A stretch of DNA of 64,000 nt from Tubiluchus corallicola (GCA_030141605.1 JAQGDQ010000048.1:434001-498000); one strand, 5' to 3'; positions 14,409 to 27,285 are shown, counted from the first letter of the stretch. The notes: generated from the sequence alone by a model not told the origin. Program-made: numbers and translations.

Positions 14409-14506
14409 CTATTTCACCTTGTCGCTTCAGCTACAATGAAACCCTGAACACCGTCCGTTATGCTCAACGTGCTAAAAAAGTTGTTAACAAGCCAAGAGTT
14501 AATGAG
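14409..14506 (+). CDS. STARD9: Kinesin exon TISPCRFSYNETLNTVRYAQRAKKVVNKPRVNE
   Basis: tttcag acceptor, gtaacg donor; end of motor domain and neck linker. Confidence 0.95.
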
Positions 14507-15241
14507 GTAACGATTACACATTTCTTATTCAGATACTAAAATGTAAACTTCTCAGAAACTTTGTGCAACGGAATATCATATTGCACTTGTAAACCAAATT
14601 GACTTTGGTGGAAGATTCCAAGACAGTTTTTGGCTGGTTTTCTTATTCTTATTCCAAGACAATATTTGGCAAATAAGAAAAGGAATTAATTCTGCATTAA
14701 ATTGCATTTTTGAATGACCCTTATCACAATTCTTTACAGCTGTATAAAATTGAAATCTGTGTGTACATTATTTATCAAGATATCAATTTATCAAAAAGTA
14801 ATCATTTATTGACATTTCACCTTCTTCCAACATTGTTAAATTCTCTTGTTTATTTTTTATGTGAAAGTGGAACCTCTAATTGTCTCCCTTTAATACAACT
14901 TATTGCTTCGCATTTCTTTAAGTGACGTGCGTGATTCAGTCAATTAATGCTAATAACATGATATTGTATTGTCTGATTACACTGAATAATAAATGGTTTT
15001 AATAATCGGATTCATGCACAATCGAGTTTACCTAAGTGATTGATTTAATTTTTGTTGGTGCCCTAATTTAACACTAGGTGTCAGCATGTGCTTGGAGTTG
15101 CAGTTTTTAGGTTATTCTGCTCACCTGACGATCAAGACAAATGTGGATACTTTTTGTTTCTTCTTTGTGATGTATGTTTCAATGATTTTTACATTAACGA
15201 AGGTTCAGTTGATGATCTGTCATATTTTTTTATTTTTTCAG

Positions 15242-15322
15242 GATGCAAATGTAAGATTAATCAGGGAGCTTCGTGCTGAAATTAACCGCTTGCGTGGACT
15301 GCTCAACAATTCTACAAATTCA
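15242..15322 (+). CDS. STARD9: Neck coil exon DANVRLIRELRAEINRLRGLLNNSTNS
   Basis: ttttcag acceptor, gtaagt donor; kinesin-3 neck coil. Confidence 0.94.
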
Positions 15323-15897
15323 GTAAGTACTAAAATGTAATATATTCGGAATTTTTTGCGGAATTGCTAAAATATATCTTATCACGAAAAGCATAAAATT
15401 ATAATCTTTTAAATAACTTTCTGCACAACACATGCCTACCTGGTTACATGTGTTAACCTGAGCATCATGAGCAACAGATTAAAGTTGTCTGTAGGTTATG
15501 TAACATCTGTTATTAAACTCTCCTAGTGGCCTAGGCTTTTTAACCTCTTCCTATTAAACACAAAAGTAGCCCCTACACTAAATTGTCTGATGGACTGTAT
15601 GAGACAGTGGGCAGTTCACAGTAAAATATGTTCATCACTTGCATGTTAAGAAATTTCCTTTTTTGCTAGCTTATTCAAACCATTTCTCTTAAATAATTAA
15701 ATACAACCTTTCTATGCCAAAGTAAGTGATTTGATCATGTTATATTAGGTAAGTAAATAAATTCTATTGTGTGAGGTATTTTCTATTTTGATACTTGACA
15801 AACTGCTTAGTTAGCCTTATAAAAATTCCTCTGTTCTTGTCTTAAGATGCTTTCTTGATTTATTCTTAATGTTTTGAGATTTTGATATTTATTACAG

Positions 15898-15966
15898 ATG
15901 GGTTCCTGTACGTCTCTCACATCCTGCTCACATATTGTTAACTTGCTACATGAGAATGAGGAGAAG
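15898..15966 (+). CDS. STARD9: CC1 exon MGSCTSLTSCSHIVNLLHENEEK
   Basis: ttacag acceptor, gtgtgt donor, 69 nt; LHENEEK resembles kinesin-3 CC1. Confidence 0.82.
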
Positions 15967-16318
15967 GTGTGTTGTACATTCTTATTTTTTAACATGTTAT
16001 CATATTTTCACTTTTTGCAGCTGAAAATAAGTGACACTTGGAGAAAAGCTGACTTGCATGCATATGCGCATACATGTGCAGACATGTGCACACACAAATG
16101 CCAGTCATGCAAGACAAATGTCATCAGAAATGTCAATCTTACCTGTCCAGCCTGTCACTTTTGTTGATAATGACAGTGGTGACTTACTAGTAATGTATGA
16201 TATATGGTAGTATGAAACAATTGCTAATTTAATTTTGTATAGCCTTTTGTTAATTGGTAATGTGTTCCAAAATTAATATGTTTGCTGTAATGAGTGTAAT
16301 ATTTTTCATGCTGCTCAG

Positions 16319-16354
16319 CTTGAACGCTTGCATAAAAATGTTCACCAGTTCCAG
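16319..16354 (+). CDS. Candidate 36-nt cassette exon LERLHKNVHQFQ
   Basis: ctgctcag acceptor, CAG|gtaatg donor, phase 0/0, no stop. Confidence 0.45.
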
Positions 16355-16654
16355 GTAATGTGTTTTGTATTTTATTATTTTTGCTATTTGTATTTACTTT
16401 TCTTTGCTTGTTTTGTATTCTCAAAACATGTATTTCATTTATTTCTGATGAAATATTTTTGTACGATGCTTTGGGAGACTGTGTCAACCCCTGGTGTCAA
16501 AAGTAAATTGTTGCTCAAGTAAATATTTATCACAGATCTACAGTAACTGAAGTTTGTTATTTCATATACATTATGAAAACATCTAAAAAGAGACGAGTGA
16601 CATGTGCTGTTTCGTTGTGTTGCAGCATAAATTGAGTCCCATTTATTATTTCAG

Positions 16655-16714
16655 GCCTCTGAATTGACCAAATCTTGGATTGGAAAATGGCAAGAAACAC
16701 ATGATATCATGAAG
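16655..16714 (+). CDS. STARD9: CC1 exon ASELTKSWIGKWQETHDIMK
   Basis: atttcag acceptor, gtaaga donor; ELTxxWxxKW motif of the KIF16 group. Confidence 0.93.
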
Positions 16715-18246
16715 GTAAGAAACTGACCGTAAGAACAGTGTGTGTGTTTCTGACTTATTGAAATGTTCATGTGTTTTTATACACGAAGTATTTTCAGAAA
16801 TGCCATTTGAAGAAACTTACACAATTTTAAGATGGGTTAAGGGGGAAGAAAGGGGTATTTTAAAGTATATCCCAAAGAACTTTCCATACAGAGTTATATT
16901 ACTTAACATTAAGCTTACCTGTTTGAAAGACTACTGTAATTGAAAATGAAAATTCTTAATAATTCAAAATGTGTGTGCAACCTGGTAAAACAGTACTACA
17001 TCACCATCCCACCAGTGTGCACCACTGGTTTGCCAAAAAACACATTATTACTGATCATATTGACAACATAGAGTAAATTTCAGTCTTTACGTGTAATGGT
17101 CATTGCGGGAGTCTATATTTACAAGTTTTGCACAGCATTACTGTTAACACAAGTGCTGTATGCAATAAGACAACACATAACTGATAAAAAGATTTGAGAC
17201 GAATTTTTAAGGTTTATTTGTGAGCCTTTTCTTGTGGTTCAAGTAAGCAATGCTGCATGTTATGCTTTCAATACTATTCAGCCTGTTTGTATGCAACTGG
17301 ATGGATGTTCCATTTCATTCTGATAAATCATGTTTGTTTGCAGTAGATAGGAAGCGTCTTACAGAAGTCACTAAGAAGTTAAGAATGTGTTGAAATAATT
17401 GGGTCCTTTTGCAACGCTATAGATGATTCAACACCTGATGCTGTATTCTATTATACTTCTCGACTATCTGACTTTGCATGGAGTACTGTATCCACCTCAA
17501 GGCTGGTGCCTCAACTTGTTACCTTAGCCCAAATGAGAGATTACGAAATCATATTGTCAGTCTAATCAGGCTTGATTTGGAAGCCAATCATGCAATCTCT
17601 CGATCATTGATAGCCAGTAGCTACATCAATCTGCTTTTGCTGATGTTTATGTAAATTATGTAATGTGCTCTTTAGTTCTTTCTTTAATTGGAACCTCTAA
17701 AGATAGAACTTGAGAGCACATGACACAATACTGATAATTTGCTCCTTTTACTGTTCTTTCCTACCTAGGTTTTTCTTTCAATTACCCCTGAATTTTAGCA
17801 TTATATTTCTAGATGCAAGATAGCTGTTGAAAAACTTTGTTTTTTCCCTTGGACAACTTATCTGTGGAATCATTTACAAGAAAACTGCTTTCCCATTAAC
17901 TACAATCTTATTTACTGCAAGAACATCAATGCATGGCTCCTCTCATTGGTAAATTAATTGTGAGAATTCTACTTTTCAGGATTCATTTTGTTTTTTCTTT
18001 TAAAAATAGCCCTTTACCTTAAGCAACTACTGAGCTTACTTGAAGCAGTCTGTACAAAAATATAAGATAAAAGTGACAGAAGAACACTAGAATGTACCAG
18101 CATACACCTGTAAGTCTGCTGTGGCCATTCAGCTGTTCTCCTTGCATACGATTTCATTAATTTTCATAGTTTTCTATGTTTAATAATACAGTAAAGTATA
18201 TACACAAAGACATTAGTAAAATGTGCAAATGTTTACTTTGTTGCAG

Positions 18247-18366
18247 GAATCCGATATGGTTGTTCGTCGGGAGAACAAAGGTTTTGTGCTGGAAGCTCAA
18301 GCTCCTCACCTTATAGGATTGGATGATGATGTGCTGAGCACCGGTGTCATAATATATCATCTCAGG
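18247..18366 (+). CDS. STARD9: Pre-FHA exon ...APHLIGLDDDVLSTGVIIYHLR
   Basis: ttgcag acceptor, gtatga donor, 120 nt; conserved kinesin-3 PHL...YHL motif. Confidence 0.95.
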
Positions 18367-18693
18367 GTATGACACGTGTACTAAATTAACATAATTTGAT
18401 ACGTCTTTTCATGTTTTTGGGTAGTATGGCTTTAGAACACTAGCCGCAATAGTCGGTAATTCAAACAACGATGTCCCATATAGTGAGTGCTTCAGAACAA
18501 CAATGTACGTCGTACTTAGTAAAATACTCTGAGGTTATTCCTGATTATTATACGTTTTCTAAAAGAATTCTAGGACTAAGTTAATTATTATGAAACATCT
18601 AGTTGCTGTTTTGCCAGTGAATGAGAGTTTACTAAATTTTATTGACTCATCATTTTCGTCCATTAAAAGACGCATTTTTTTTTAAATTTGCAG

Positions 18694-18745
18694 GAGGGTC
18701 GTAACACAGTAGGCAAGGTGGACGCACCTCAAGCTCAAGATATAG
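18694..18745 (+). CDS. STARD9: FHA exon EGRNTVGKVDAPQAQDI
   Basis: tttgcag acceptor, gtaagt donor, phase 0/1. Confidence 0.93.
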
Positions 18746-19226
18746 GTAAGTTTGTAAATGTGCTGTCTTGTTTTTACTGTTTTATGAATCACAGACAGGA
18801 TGGCATAAGATTTGAACCAACATCTTTTTGGTCTTTACAGCTAATGTTTTAAGTATCATATAGCATTTTTTAAGTGCCATAAGCTTGACAGATAGACTAC
18901 CACCGAAAAAAACAAGTTTGCCAGTTCAAGTAACAAACTCTGAAATGTAACAAAGAACACGATCTGTTCTCTCATTTGTGCTTACTGTTTAATTCATGTT
19001 TCTAGAACATTTTTCTTCACTAATATTCAACATGAATTTAATAAAACAATAAATTGTCAAGTCAAATTTTTTTGCCTGTTTGGCAGATTGCCTGGGTAAA
19101 TTTCGTTTAAATAAAACTATCTCATACTAGTGTTTCAGACTAGTGTTTACTGTAGAATAACCGATTTGTTAAAAGTCTTTAATAAAGCTGCCATTATTTT
19201 TAGCCATTCTATTTGTTGTTTTTCAG

Positions 19227-19364
19227 TGTTGTATGGATCTGGTATTGAGAAAGAACACTGTGTGATTGACAATGTTGACAGATTAGTAACACTGTATCCG
19301 TGTCATGCCGCATTGTGCACATTAAATGGTACTATTGTTACCTCTCCTGTATCGCTCTCTCAAG
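19227..19364 (+). CDS. STARD9: FHA exon VLYGSGIEKEHCVIDN...LNGTIVTSPVSLSQ
   Basis: tttcag acceptor, gtaaga donor; FHA HC and NG motifs. Confidence 0.94.
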
Positions 19365-19727
19365 GTAAGATCTGACATACAAAAATTAGAATGAAAATTT
19401 TGCCAAGTCTTTCCAAGTTTTGTTTATCTTTGTCTTTATAAAAAAAACGAAACAGCAAGGTGAAAGTGTTATATCGAATCTTATCAACAGTTATGATCTG
19501 GGTAAGCTTTTTACGGATCTAGTTGTAACCTTGGTGATCTGCAAGAAATGGCTTTTTGTATGCCAATTGAATACTTTCTAGATATTAGCATCTAGCAAAT
19601 TAGTATTAAAAGTCCAAAATGGAATTTAACTTATGTTATTGCATAATCACTGTGGCTTGACTCAGATGGACATATTTTCCCACATCTCCATAAACATGGC
19701 CATTGTCTGTATGAAGAAGTTCAATAA

Positions 19728-19852
19728 CTCTAATCTAATCTAACCTACTCTTAAAATCCAATTCAATCCAACTCGCTCCTATCCTATCCTTTCCAGTCCA
19801 ATTCTACCCAATCTAGTCCAATCAAATCTATTCTAGACTACAATCCAATCTA
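19728..19852. repeat. Degenerate pentanucleotide (CCAAT/CTAAT)n tract
   Basis: tctaatctaatctaacc...tccaattcaatccaac...ccaatctag. Confidence 0.65.
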
Positions 19853-19958
19853 GTTTGGTTTAATTTAATTTAATAATTTTTTGTTAGTTGTGTTATAATT
19901 GTGGTGAACGAATACAATTGTGAAGTTCATATTTGTTAATGTTTTGCCAAATTTTTAG

Positions 19959-20041
19959 GCGATGTCATTGGTATGGGACCAAATAACATGTTTCGTTTCA
20001 ATAACCCTGCAGAGGCAGCACTTCTCAGAGAAAAAAGAAAG
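19959..20041 (+). CDS. STARD9: FHA exon GDVIGMGPNNMFRFNNPAEAALLREKRK
   Basis: tttttag acceptor, gtaacg donor; FRFNxP motif. Confidence 0.95.
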
Positions 20042-20440
20042 GTAACGTAAAAAATGGTAAAAAGTTACCCACACTAAAATTTAAATAATCAACACGATTT
20101 GACCTTAAGAGTATGTGCAATTTTCACTTTTCCGCATTTGTTCTGACATGACAAGCTTTGTAAGCGGTGTGGATAGACAAATTTATTTTTTACTGAACAG
20201 TGCTACCTTTTATTATGTGGAGTTGTTCATTTTTTGTAGCTCTTTGCTGATCCTTCTATGTCTTTTGCATTTAACGCCTGGTTTTTGTAACAGCTTCTAA
20301 ATGTTTTAGAGTTTCGAGTTTTTCTCATGCTAATTTCAAATAAGAAGCAAACACATGAAGTCCCACAGTTCAGAGAACATATAGTACATTTACAGTGCTA
20401 GCCCTGCCACACTGTCTATATTTTCTGCATTACTTTTCAG

Positions 20441-20652
20441 AATTTATATGGAGATAATTACAGAGAAAAGACCATCTCTCACGCTAGTAGTTTGAGCTCA
20501 TTATACAGTGCATCTCAGCACGGAGGACTCAGTCTCAGTGCTTCGTTTAGCGGATTTGATTCTGATCAGATTCCGGATTCACCACGACGTGACCCGTTGG
20601 GCGAATCGTTTAGTCATTGTCGGCAAATGATCTCACCGGTTGCAAGGAAAAG
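20441..20652 (+). CDS. STARD9: Ser-rich linker exon NLYGDNYREK...SPVARK
   Basis: ttttcag acceptor, gtattg donor, open frame, phase 0/2. Confidence 0.85.
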
Positions 20653-20808
20653 GTATTGAGTAGTTATCCTTCATTGCTGTACTGGCAAAAGCTCTACTGT
20701 AAGAAAATTAGTTAAGGTAATTTAATGTTAAGTACACTTCACTTTTTGATCCTGTTTTGGTATATGCAGTTATAATTATTAATAAGTTTGTTTTGTATTT
20801 TATTTCAG

Positions 20809-20859
20809 TTTTCTAAATAAGATCAGTGCAGAATCAGAATTTGAGCTGGAAGAAGCAAG
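20809..20859 (+). CDS. STARD9: Exon FLNKISAESEFELEEAR
   Basis: tatttcag acceptor, gtatgt donor, phase 2/2. Confidence 0.82.
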
Positions 20860-22718
20860 GTATGTTAAAATTAATAATTAATTTCTGTCATCCATCCTTC
20901 CAGTAATCCCTTGTCTTGCTTGTTCGTTCTACTGCTGTTAAAAAATCTGAATAGTACACGACGATTCGTGTACAAAAACTAATTGACTTGGCTTTGGCTG
21001 AGGACATTTTAGTTTAAAGCAGGAAATTTTTAGAATAAAAGTATCTAATTTTTTGTAATTGTTGTTGCCACTGATCATGCTGGCATTTCTTTAGTTTGCA
21101 TCATAGAAAGAAACACAGCAGTGTCTGTAATTATGATACACGTGCCTACAAATTACTAAAAAGTTGTCACTTTAAAATTAATCAAATAGCTTATAACTAT
21201 GTTCTTGTAGGACGCATGCATACATAATTGTGCTTGGCTTATCTTTGCTATTAATCCTTCTCCAATAATTTTACTCAGTATTATATTTGAAATAACTCAA
21301 ATAAGCAAATGTTTCACATAATTACAAACATAAGTACTTAAAATACCCAGAGAAATACCTATATACTAATCTGAATCTTGACCTTCAACTGAGACTTACT
21401 GCACAGGTGTGCTAACTGTTAATGATCGTATGATGCTGCCCCCTCTCATCTCACCTTTCCATCTTATTGATCCTGTTCAGCAGTTGCCTAGTAACCAGTC
21501 TCTAACAATCGCAGCCACTGGCATTCCACATGTTGATAATACCAAAGCGTGTAACGAAAAACTTCGTACCACGCTGTTATCAGCTGCAAACACAGGCAGA
21601 AAATTGATGCATTTTACAGTGTGCTAAACGGTTCAAAACAACTATAGTGTGGTAGCGAAATGTTACAACAATTTCAAGGTTAACTGTAATGTAAGTAATT
21701 ATTATGCTTCTTTAATATTGATTCGGATTTTAATGAGTCGGGCATCTATGTGTGTATTTCGGCTGCTATGTTACCGTGAACTACGTTTCTAGGTCATTTA
21801 CATAATGGCTAGTTTTATTGTTTATTGTTTTCCAATGCGTTCGCATAGAATAGAACTGAATGGCATGTGAACCTTAGAAATTAGTTGGTGTTTACCAAAC
21901 CTGGTTTGCCGCTTGATAGTTATAAACAAGCTAGACTTCTAGTTTATTTAATATTTCAAACAAAGGTAATACTACTGATTTAAATTAATTAATGTTGTAC
22001 TATAGCTTGTATTTTTGCCGATATATTTTGGCACCTTTTACTTGATTTCACGCCATCAGAACTACCTGGCACTAGTTAAATTAGACTTTAAGACCAACTG
22101 GGAATAGACAATAATGATTGTTACACCACTTTATATGCCTCCTGTTTCTTGTCATAATAATATATGTAGAAACCCTTAAAAGCTGTAGGTAAGTGGCCTA
22201 CTAATATTGTTAATAGGATTGGTATGAGTATAAGTACAACTTTAAGCTGGTACCTTTTATTCACTACACTCTTCAACTGATTTATGGATGTGAGACATGG
22301 TTAAAGCTAACTGTGTCTAATCTCAGTTGTTTTAAAAATATGCACTTTGATTATAATACAGGCATCTGATGTTCTGGAAATACGGTTCTGATGACCATCA
22401 TGGTTTTATTTACGTAGCGTGCAGCTACTGTCAGTACAATAAGCTAACCTGGTGATCACATTTTTGGATTTTAGATCTTGAGTGTAATGATGCACAAAGT
22501 GATCCTATAACTGAGTAGCCTGAGCTCAAACTACCCTTGCAAATTAAAAACGTTTTGTTAGTATTTTCCTTTTGCAAATGTCATTAGTAGCTTTTTTCGA
22601 AAGTTGTGTGTATGACTCAAAAAGCTGGCGTATAATCTTCCACTATTTTCGTGTGAATATTTGTAAACTAATGTAAAGTTTGTTTCCCGAATGAGACGGG
22701 TAATAATTCAGTAACCCG

Positions 22719-22890
22719 ACTGAACCGGTTACTAAACAATGACATTTGATCATTTGATCAATTTCTAATTGTAGTGAAATTGTAACTATTATGCTATAAT
22801 TGATTTTGTCTGTCGATGTATATATATAATTTCACTTTCACTACAATTAGAAATTATGATCAAATGTCATTGTTTAGTAACCGGTTCAGT
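22719..22890. mobile_element. MITE-like foldback with ~55-bp inverted arms
   Basis: actgaaccggttactaaacaatgacatttgatca...aatttctaattgtagtgaaa is mirrored by tttcactacaattagaaatt...tgatcaaatgtcattgtttagtaaccggttcagt; followed by (TA)n at ~22904-22925. Confidence 0.7.
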
Positions 22891-23949
22891 AAATTTCGCC
22901 TTCATATATATATATATATATATATTATAGATATCTGACATAGGTTGTGGTCATAAGCCAGAAACATGTTATATGAGAAGTCAGTGTTCTAAGTATATAT
23001 GGAAGTTAATAGTCATCTCACTTATATATATATATATGTATGTATAATGCGTTTTAATCAATTTTCCTAGTCACTCAGGCAGAGAAGTAAACTCAATATA
23101 GCAGTGCGATAAATACTGTTTGGAACATTGATGCAGTCAGTTAACTGTTTCTCCTGCCATTCAACGCTCAAAAGTCTTACGAAGAAATAAATACAAAAAC
23201 AACAGACATAACGCTTGCCTATATTAACCATTAAAGTGCAGTACATATAAATTTAATGGCAGACTGACTTGAAAAGTTTACTCATTGGCATAGTCCTTGA
23301 TCTAATTCAACTAAACTTGTCTTTTACGTTGGATGCTAGGATGTGTATTAGATTATAGCGTTTGTTAGATTAAGGAAATTATCATGACGGTTCTTTGTGC
23401 AAAAGCCATTGGTAACAGCAGGCTTCTTCGCTGCAATTGTGGCACAAGCCAACTGTAACTAATTATTTCATTTGATTTGGACTTTGCTATTGCCAAGCGG
23501 CAGATCGCTTCAGGCAAGAACCTTGTACCGGAGCATGATTCATGATGGACTTTGAAAGTACACATTCCAATGTGTTTTTTATCTGTTTAAATTTTATTCC
23601 ATTATTTATTCTTCATTTAAATATTGAAGTGAGTCATGCATCATTCCTTTTGCCTTTCCTTGTTCAATTCTCTGTGGCTTGTGAAACAAAAAAACCTACA
23701 AAGCTTTGTCTGTTACACAGAGACTTTTTGACATTTTGTAACAGTTTTATTTCACTGCTTACTCCTTGCTGCCGCAGCAACATGCACCCACATATTGATT
23801 GATGGCAATTTTCGGTAATGGCTAAAGATATTCAGATAACTTTTGAGGTCATTTATGATCCCTGATCTTCTACATTATCCTAACTTCATTTGGCATACTG
23901 CAGTAATATTATGAAGTTCAAAAGCAATGGTATTACATCCTAAGACGAA

Positions 23950-24152
23950 TGACTTGACCTCAGGAATCTGTGACAGTCTGACCTTTTCTGTGAACTTTGA
24001 TCTCAAGAATCTACGTCAGTCTGTAATTTTTTCTTCAGAACTTTGACTTCAGGAACAGAGTCTGCAACCTTTTCTGTGAAATTTGACCTCAAGTGTCCAT
24101 AACAGTTTGCAACCTTTTTGTGAACTTTGACCTCAAAAAGCCATGACAGTCT
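23950..24152. repeat. Degenerate ~40-45 bp minisatellite, ~5 copies
   Basis: Recurring tgaactttgacctcaggaatctgtgacagtctg(ca)accttttctg. Confidence 0.8.
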
Positions 24153-25656
24153 GGGAGCATTTCTTCTGAGGCAAAAAATCGATCAACAAAATAATAGGCC
24201 CTGAGTTAGGCAGCAAAATAAGCTTGCTGTCTCTCTGTGTCACCTAAATGTTTCCTTTCTATTTTATGTGATTAATTTTTTTGACGTGTGACTTCCGTAG
24301 TGACCCTGTGTTTTACCTATTATCCAGGTGTTTCTTTTTTATTACAGTGATGATTCTCGCTTTGGATTTGGAAACCAAGATATTGCATTTTTATGTGAAT
24401 GACCTTGACAAATTTGGAGAAAAGTTGATACAATTTTGTCCATTTTAAACAACAAAATCCATTAAACATGACTTGCATGATTGTGTCATTAAATGTTGAC
24501 TGTGCTGAATTTCATTTAAAGTGATTTAACTGCACTTGCTGAAGTTATTTCAGCAAAAAGTTAACACGAGAGTTGAGTAATAACTCTTTGGCAACCCATT
24601 TCAAAAATTGAGTGAATTTAGCATTCGATTTCTATGCAAGATAAAAGTCATATGTTAGCGCTATTTTTCAACATTCTGTGCATGTGTTGCTTTGAAAGAT
24701 AGGAAGCTTTATTGCAAATACTCATACAATTGTGGTTAGTGCACATTTTCTGGCTTCATTCATTTTTAGGACTCTGAAATTTCATAAAAATGTATGCCTG
24801 TCTCTTAACTAGACAACTGTTTATAGTTCACACTGATCACACTATAAATTGCTCAGCAGCTAACTATCAATGTTGCTAGGTACTTGGCATCTTGCCAGAA
24901 ACCTCAAACCAAGCAGATGTAACAGTGACCACAGGGCCTTTATTGATTTCAGCTTTATTGATGTTCTACTGTTATAAATTATTTGTGTTGTGTGTATGCA
25001 GTAACACATTTACATTAATTATGATTGACCTGCTGATCCTGTTGACGTGTCATAAAGTAAAGTAGCACAGTGACACCTACACTGTCAAGGCCAGCACTTG
25101 ATCTGATTTGGAGCAAAGTCAAATAGACGTTCTACTCATACTTGCACCATCAAGGCCAAAGTCATACGTGTTCATTCATGTTTTTCAACATCTTTGTGTT
25201 AAAGTGCCTGTGCACCATGAGATGAAAGCGTTTTATTTTATTTTACTTAATTGTTTTTGCAGCGTACTTATTAATCCTAATTATCTATGATGCTATGAAA
25301 CAGCATGTAAAATTTTGGTTTTTCATCCTATCAAAGCCAGTTCTTATTTGCAAAATTTAATGCTTCCCAAGTGAAAAACAATTGTTCTGAAAAGCAATTA
25401 CTTTTCCTTACGTCTAAAAGGGGTCTAGCTTACATGACTTTTAAATTAAAATTGTAGTACAGCCTTTCAAATACTAATAAAAGTAAAGAGCATAATTAAA
25501 CTCGAATACGGAAATCTTTTGTTCACCAAAGCATGTACATACACACTGCCAACACACAAAGTGAGTTGAGTCCGTTATTTAAGGAAAAGAGTAGATGCTA
25601 ATTTTTTATGATCTTGGAAAATCTAGCACATTGTGAATAACAGTTTACTGCAAATG

Positions 25657-25730
25657 GTTTTTTTATTATTACTTGTGTACATCTTGTATGTCTGTTTTTT
25701 ATTATCCCTTGTGTACATCTTGTATGTCTG
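25657..25730. repeat. ~36-bp direct duplication
   Basis: ttttttattatNNcttgtgtacatcttgtatgtctg occurs twice in tandem. Confidence 0.85.
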
Positions 25731-26280
25731 ATCAAATGTTAATTTATAAAATTGCAACTTTAAAGCACAAATTACCGAATTACACCAAGAGAAAGTTTCT
25801 TGCATTAAATACTAATCCCACAAATAAATATTCCATTTTTAACAAAGTACAAAAATACAGTTGTAAAGCAAATCAGCTGAAGAACAAATGAACATATTTT
25901 TCAATGGATTGACTCTTGAAAACATCTTTTTTATATACTTGAACCCATATTTTGAATGATTAATTATGAAATGTTCATCAAGCAAGTTATGCTTTTATCG
26001 TTGATCTTTAAAAGCAATTCTGAAGAATTCTCAGACATTAATAAATCATTTAGCCATTAATCATTTTTAGACCATCACAAACGTCTTATAATAAAAAATG
26101 TACACACGTTCTCTAACAGTTAGAAGGAACTGCATGGATATATATTTTTTCAAACACACTTACTTTTCTGATATGTTCTTTATTTTCCTAGTACTAAAGC
26201 CTAAAAGCCCTAGCATCAACTGTCCCAGATTCTTATCATTCAGCACCTTCTTTCTTAGCTCACTTGAAGCTCTTCTTGTT

Positions 26281-27206
26281 TTACTGATAAGAATAGTAAG
26301 CAAGGCTGTAGTGTGTCCAATTTTTTGTTTTCTCAGCCTTTCCAATGAAAGCCCTCCTTGTTGTAGGAAACAGCGATTTGGATGCATCTTTGTGGTGACC
26401 ATACTGAACAACATTTGCTATCTCTTCATCATTTAACACCTTATTTTTTGCTAGTCCTTCAATAAATAACTCTGTATCCATTGTAGGGAATCTCATTTGA
26501 TAGATAATGTCACCTAATACATTTCTCTTGTTCATGTCATTGACTGCTGTTTACGTCTACATTCTCCCTCAGCCCATTCTTCAACACTGTGAAAAAATGT
26601 TACTTCGTCAATAGTCAGTTCGTCACGTTTTACAACCATCAGCAAATTTTCATGACTTAATGACTTGAAACCTTCAGATTTAATCACCTTTTCTGTCTTC
26701 TTGTCAATAACGCGCAGACATTTCAAAACCAAGTCATTTTTCTGATAAAATGTAGCAGCTGACAAAATATCACAAACATTCTCAAATGTTATGTTGGATT
26801 CTAAAAAAGTTGTGGTCAGGTCTTCAAGCTTCTGAATTCTATATTTTCTTGCAGCATGCAGTGTTCCAAGCACAGTATCTCCTGTAAGTTTCACGTGATC
26901 AGTGTAGATATATTCCATCAGTAGCTGAAAGGCTTCTGGTTCTACATCAGTTATTTCAATAAAGCTATCAGGTTCATAATGCTGTGATCCATAAAACATG
27001 TCCTTGAAAACATCACTCACGAAAGCAAGTACGACCCTGTTAGCTTTAATTATAATTTGTTTCACTGAAAAAGTTGCATCATTCATATCACCAAAGTCAT
27101 CACTGATATGCAAATGCTTGAATCTTTTACCCCAGTTTTCCATGTTGCTCAGTTTTTCAGCAGGAGTTTGTGGTTTTTCAACAGGAGTCTGTACTGACGT
27201 CTCCAT
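26281..27206 (-). pseudogene. Intronless BTB/POZ-BACK gene (BTBD1/2/3/6-like, no PHR domain), one frameshift at ~26535; nested antisense in the kinesin intron
   Basis: ANRVVLAFVSDVFKDMFYG, IEITDVEPEAFQLLMEYIYTD, LHAARKY, RDELTIDEVTFFHSVEEWAEGECRR, then in another frame NKRNVLGDIIYQMRFPTM; no GT-AG intron at the junction. Could be an intact gene with a sequence error. Confidence 0.8.
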
Positions 27207-27285
27207 TTTGTGAAAACTGTCTGTGCCAAATTGACTAAGCTAAATCATGTATTGGTCTGTAATAACAGTCGATGGTTGGATTGCA

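Noticed and set aside
26160-26414. Third minus-strand ORF (84 aa) after the BTB-BACK ORFs
   Set aside because: It overlaps the BACK-homologous frame and shows no recognisable PHR or Kelch similarity.
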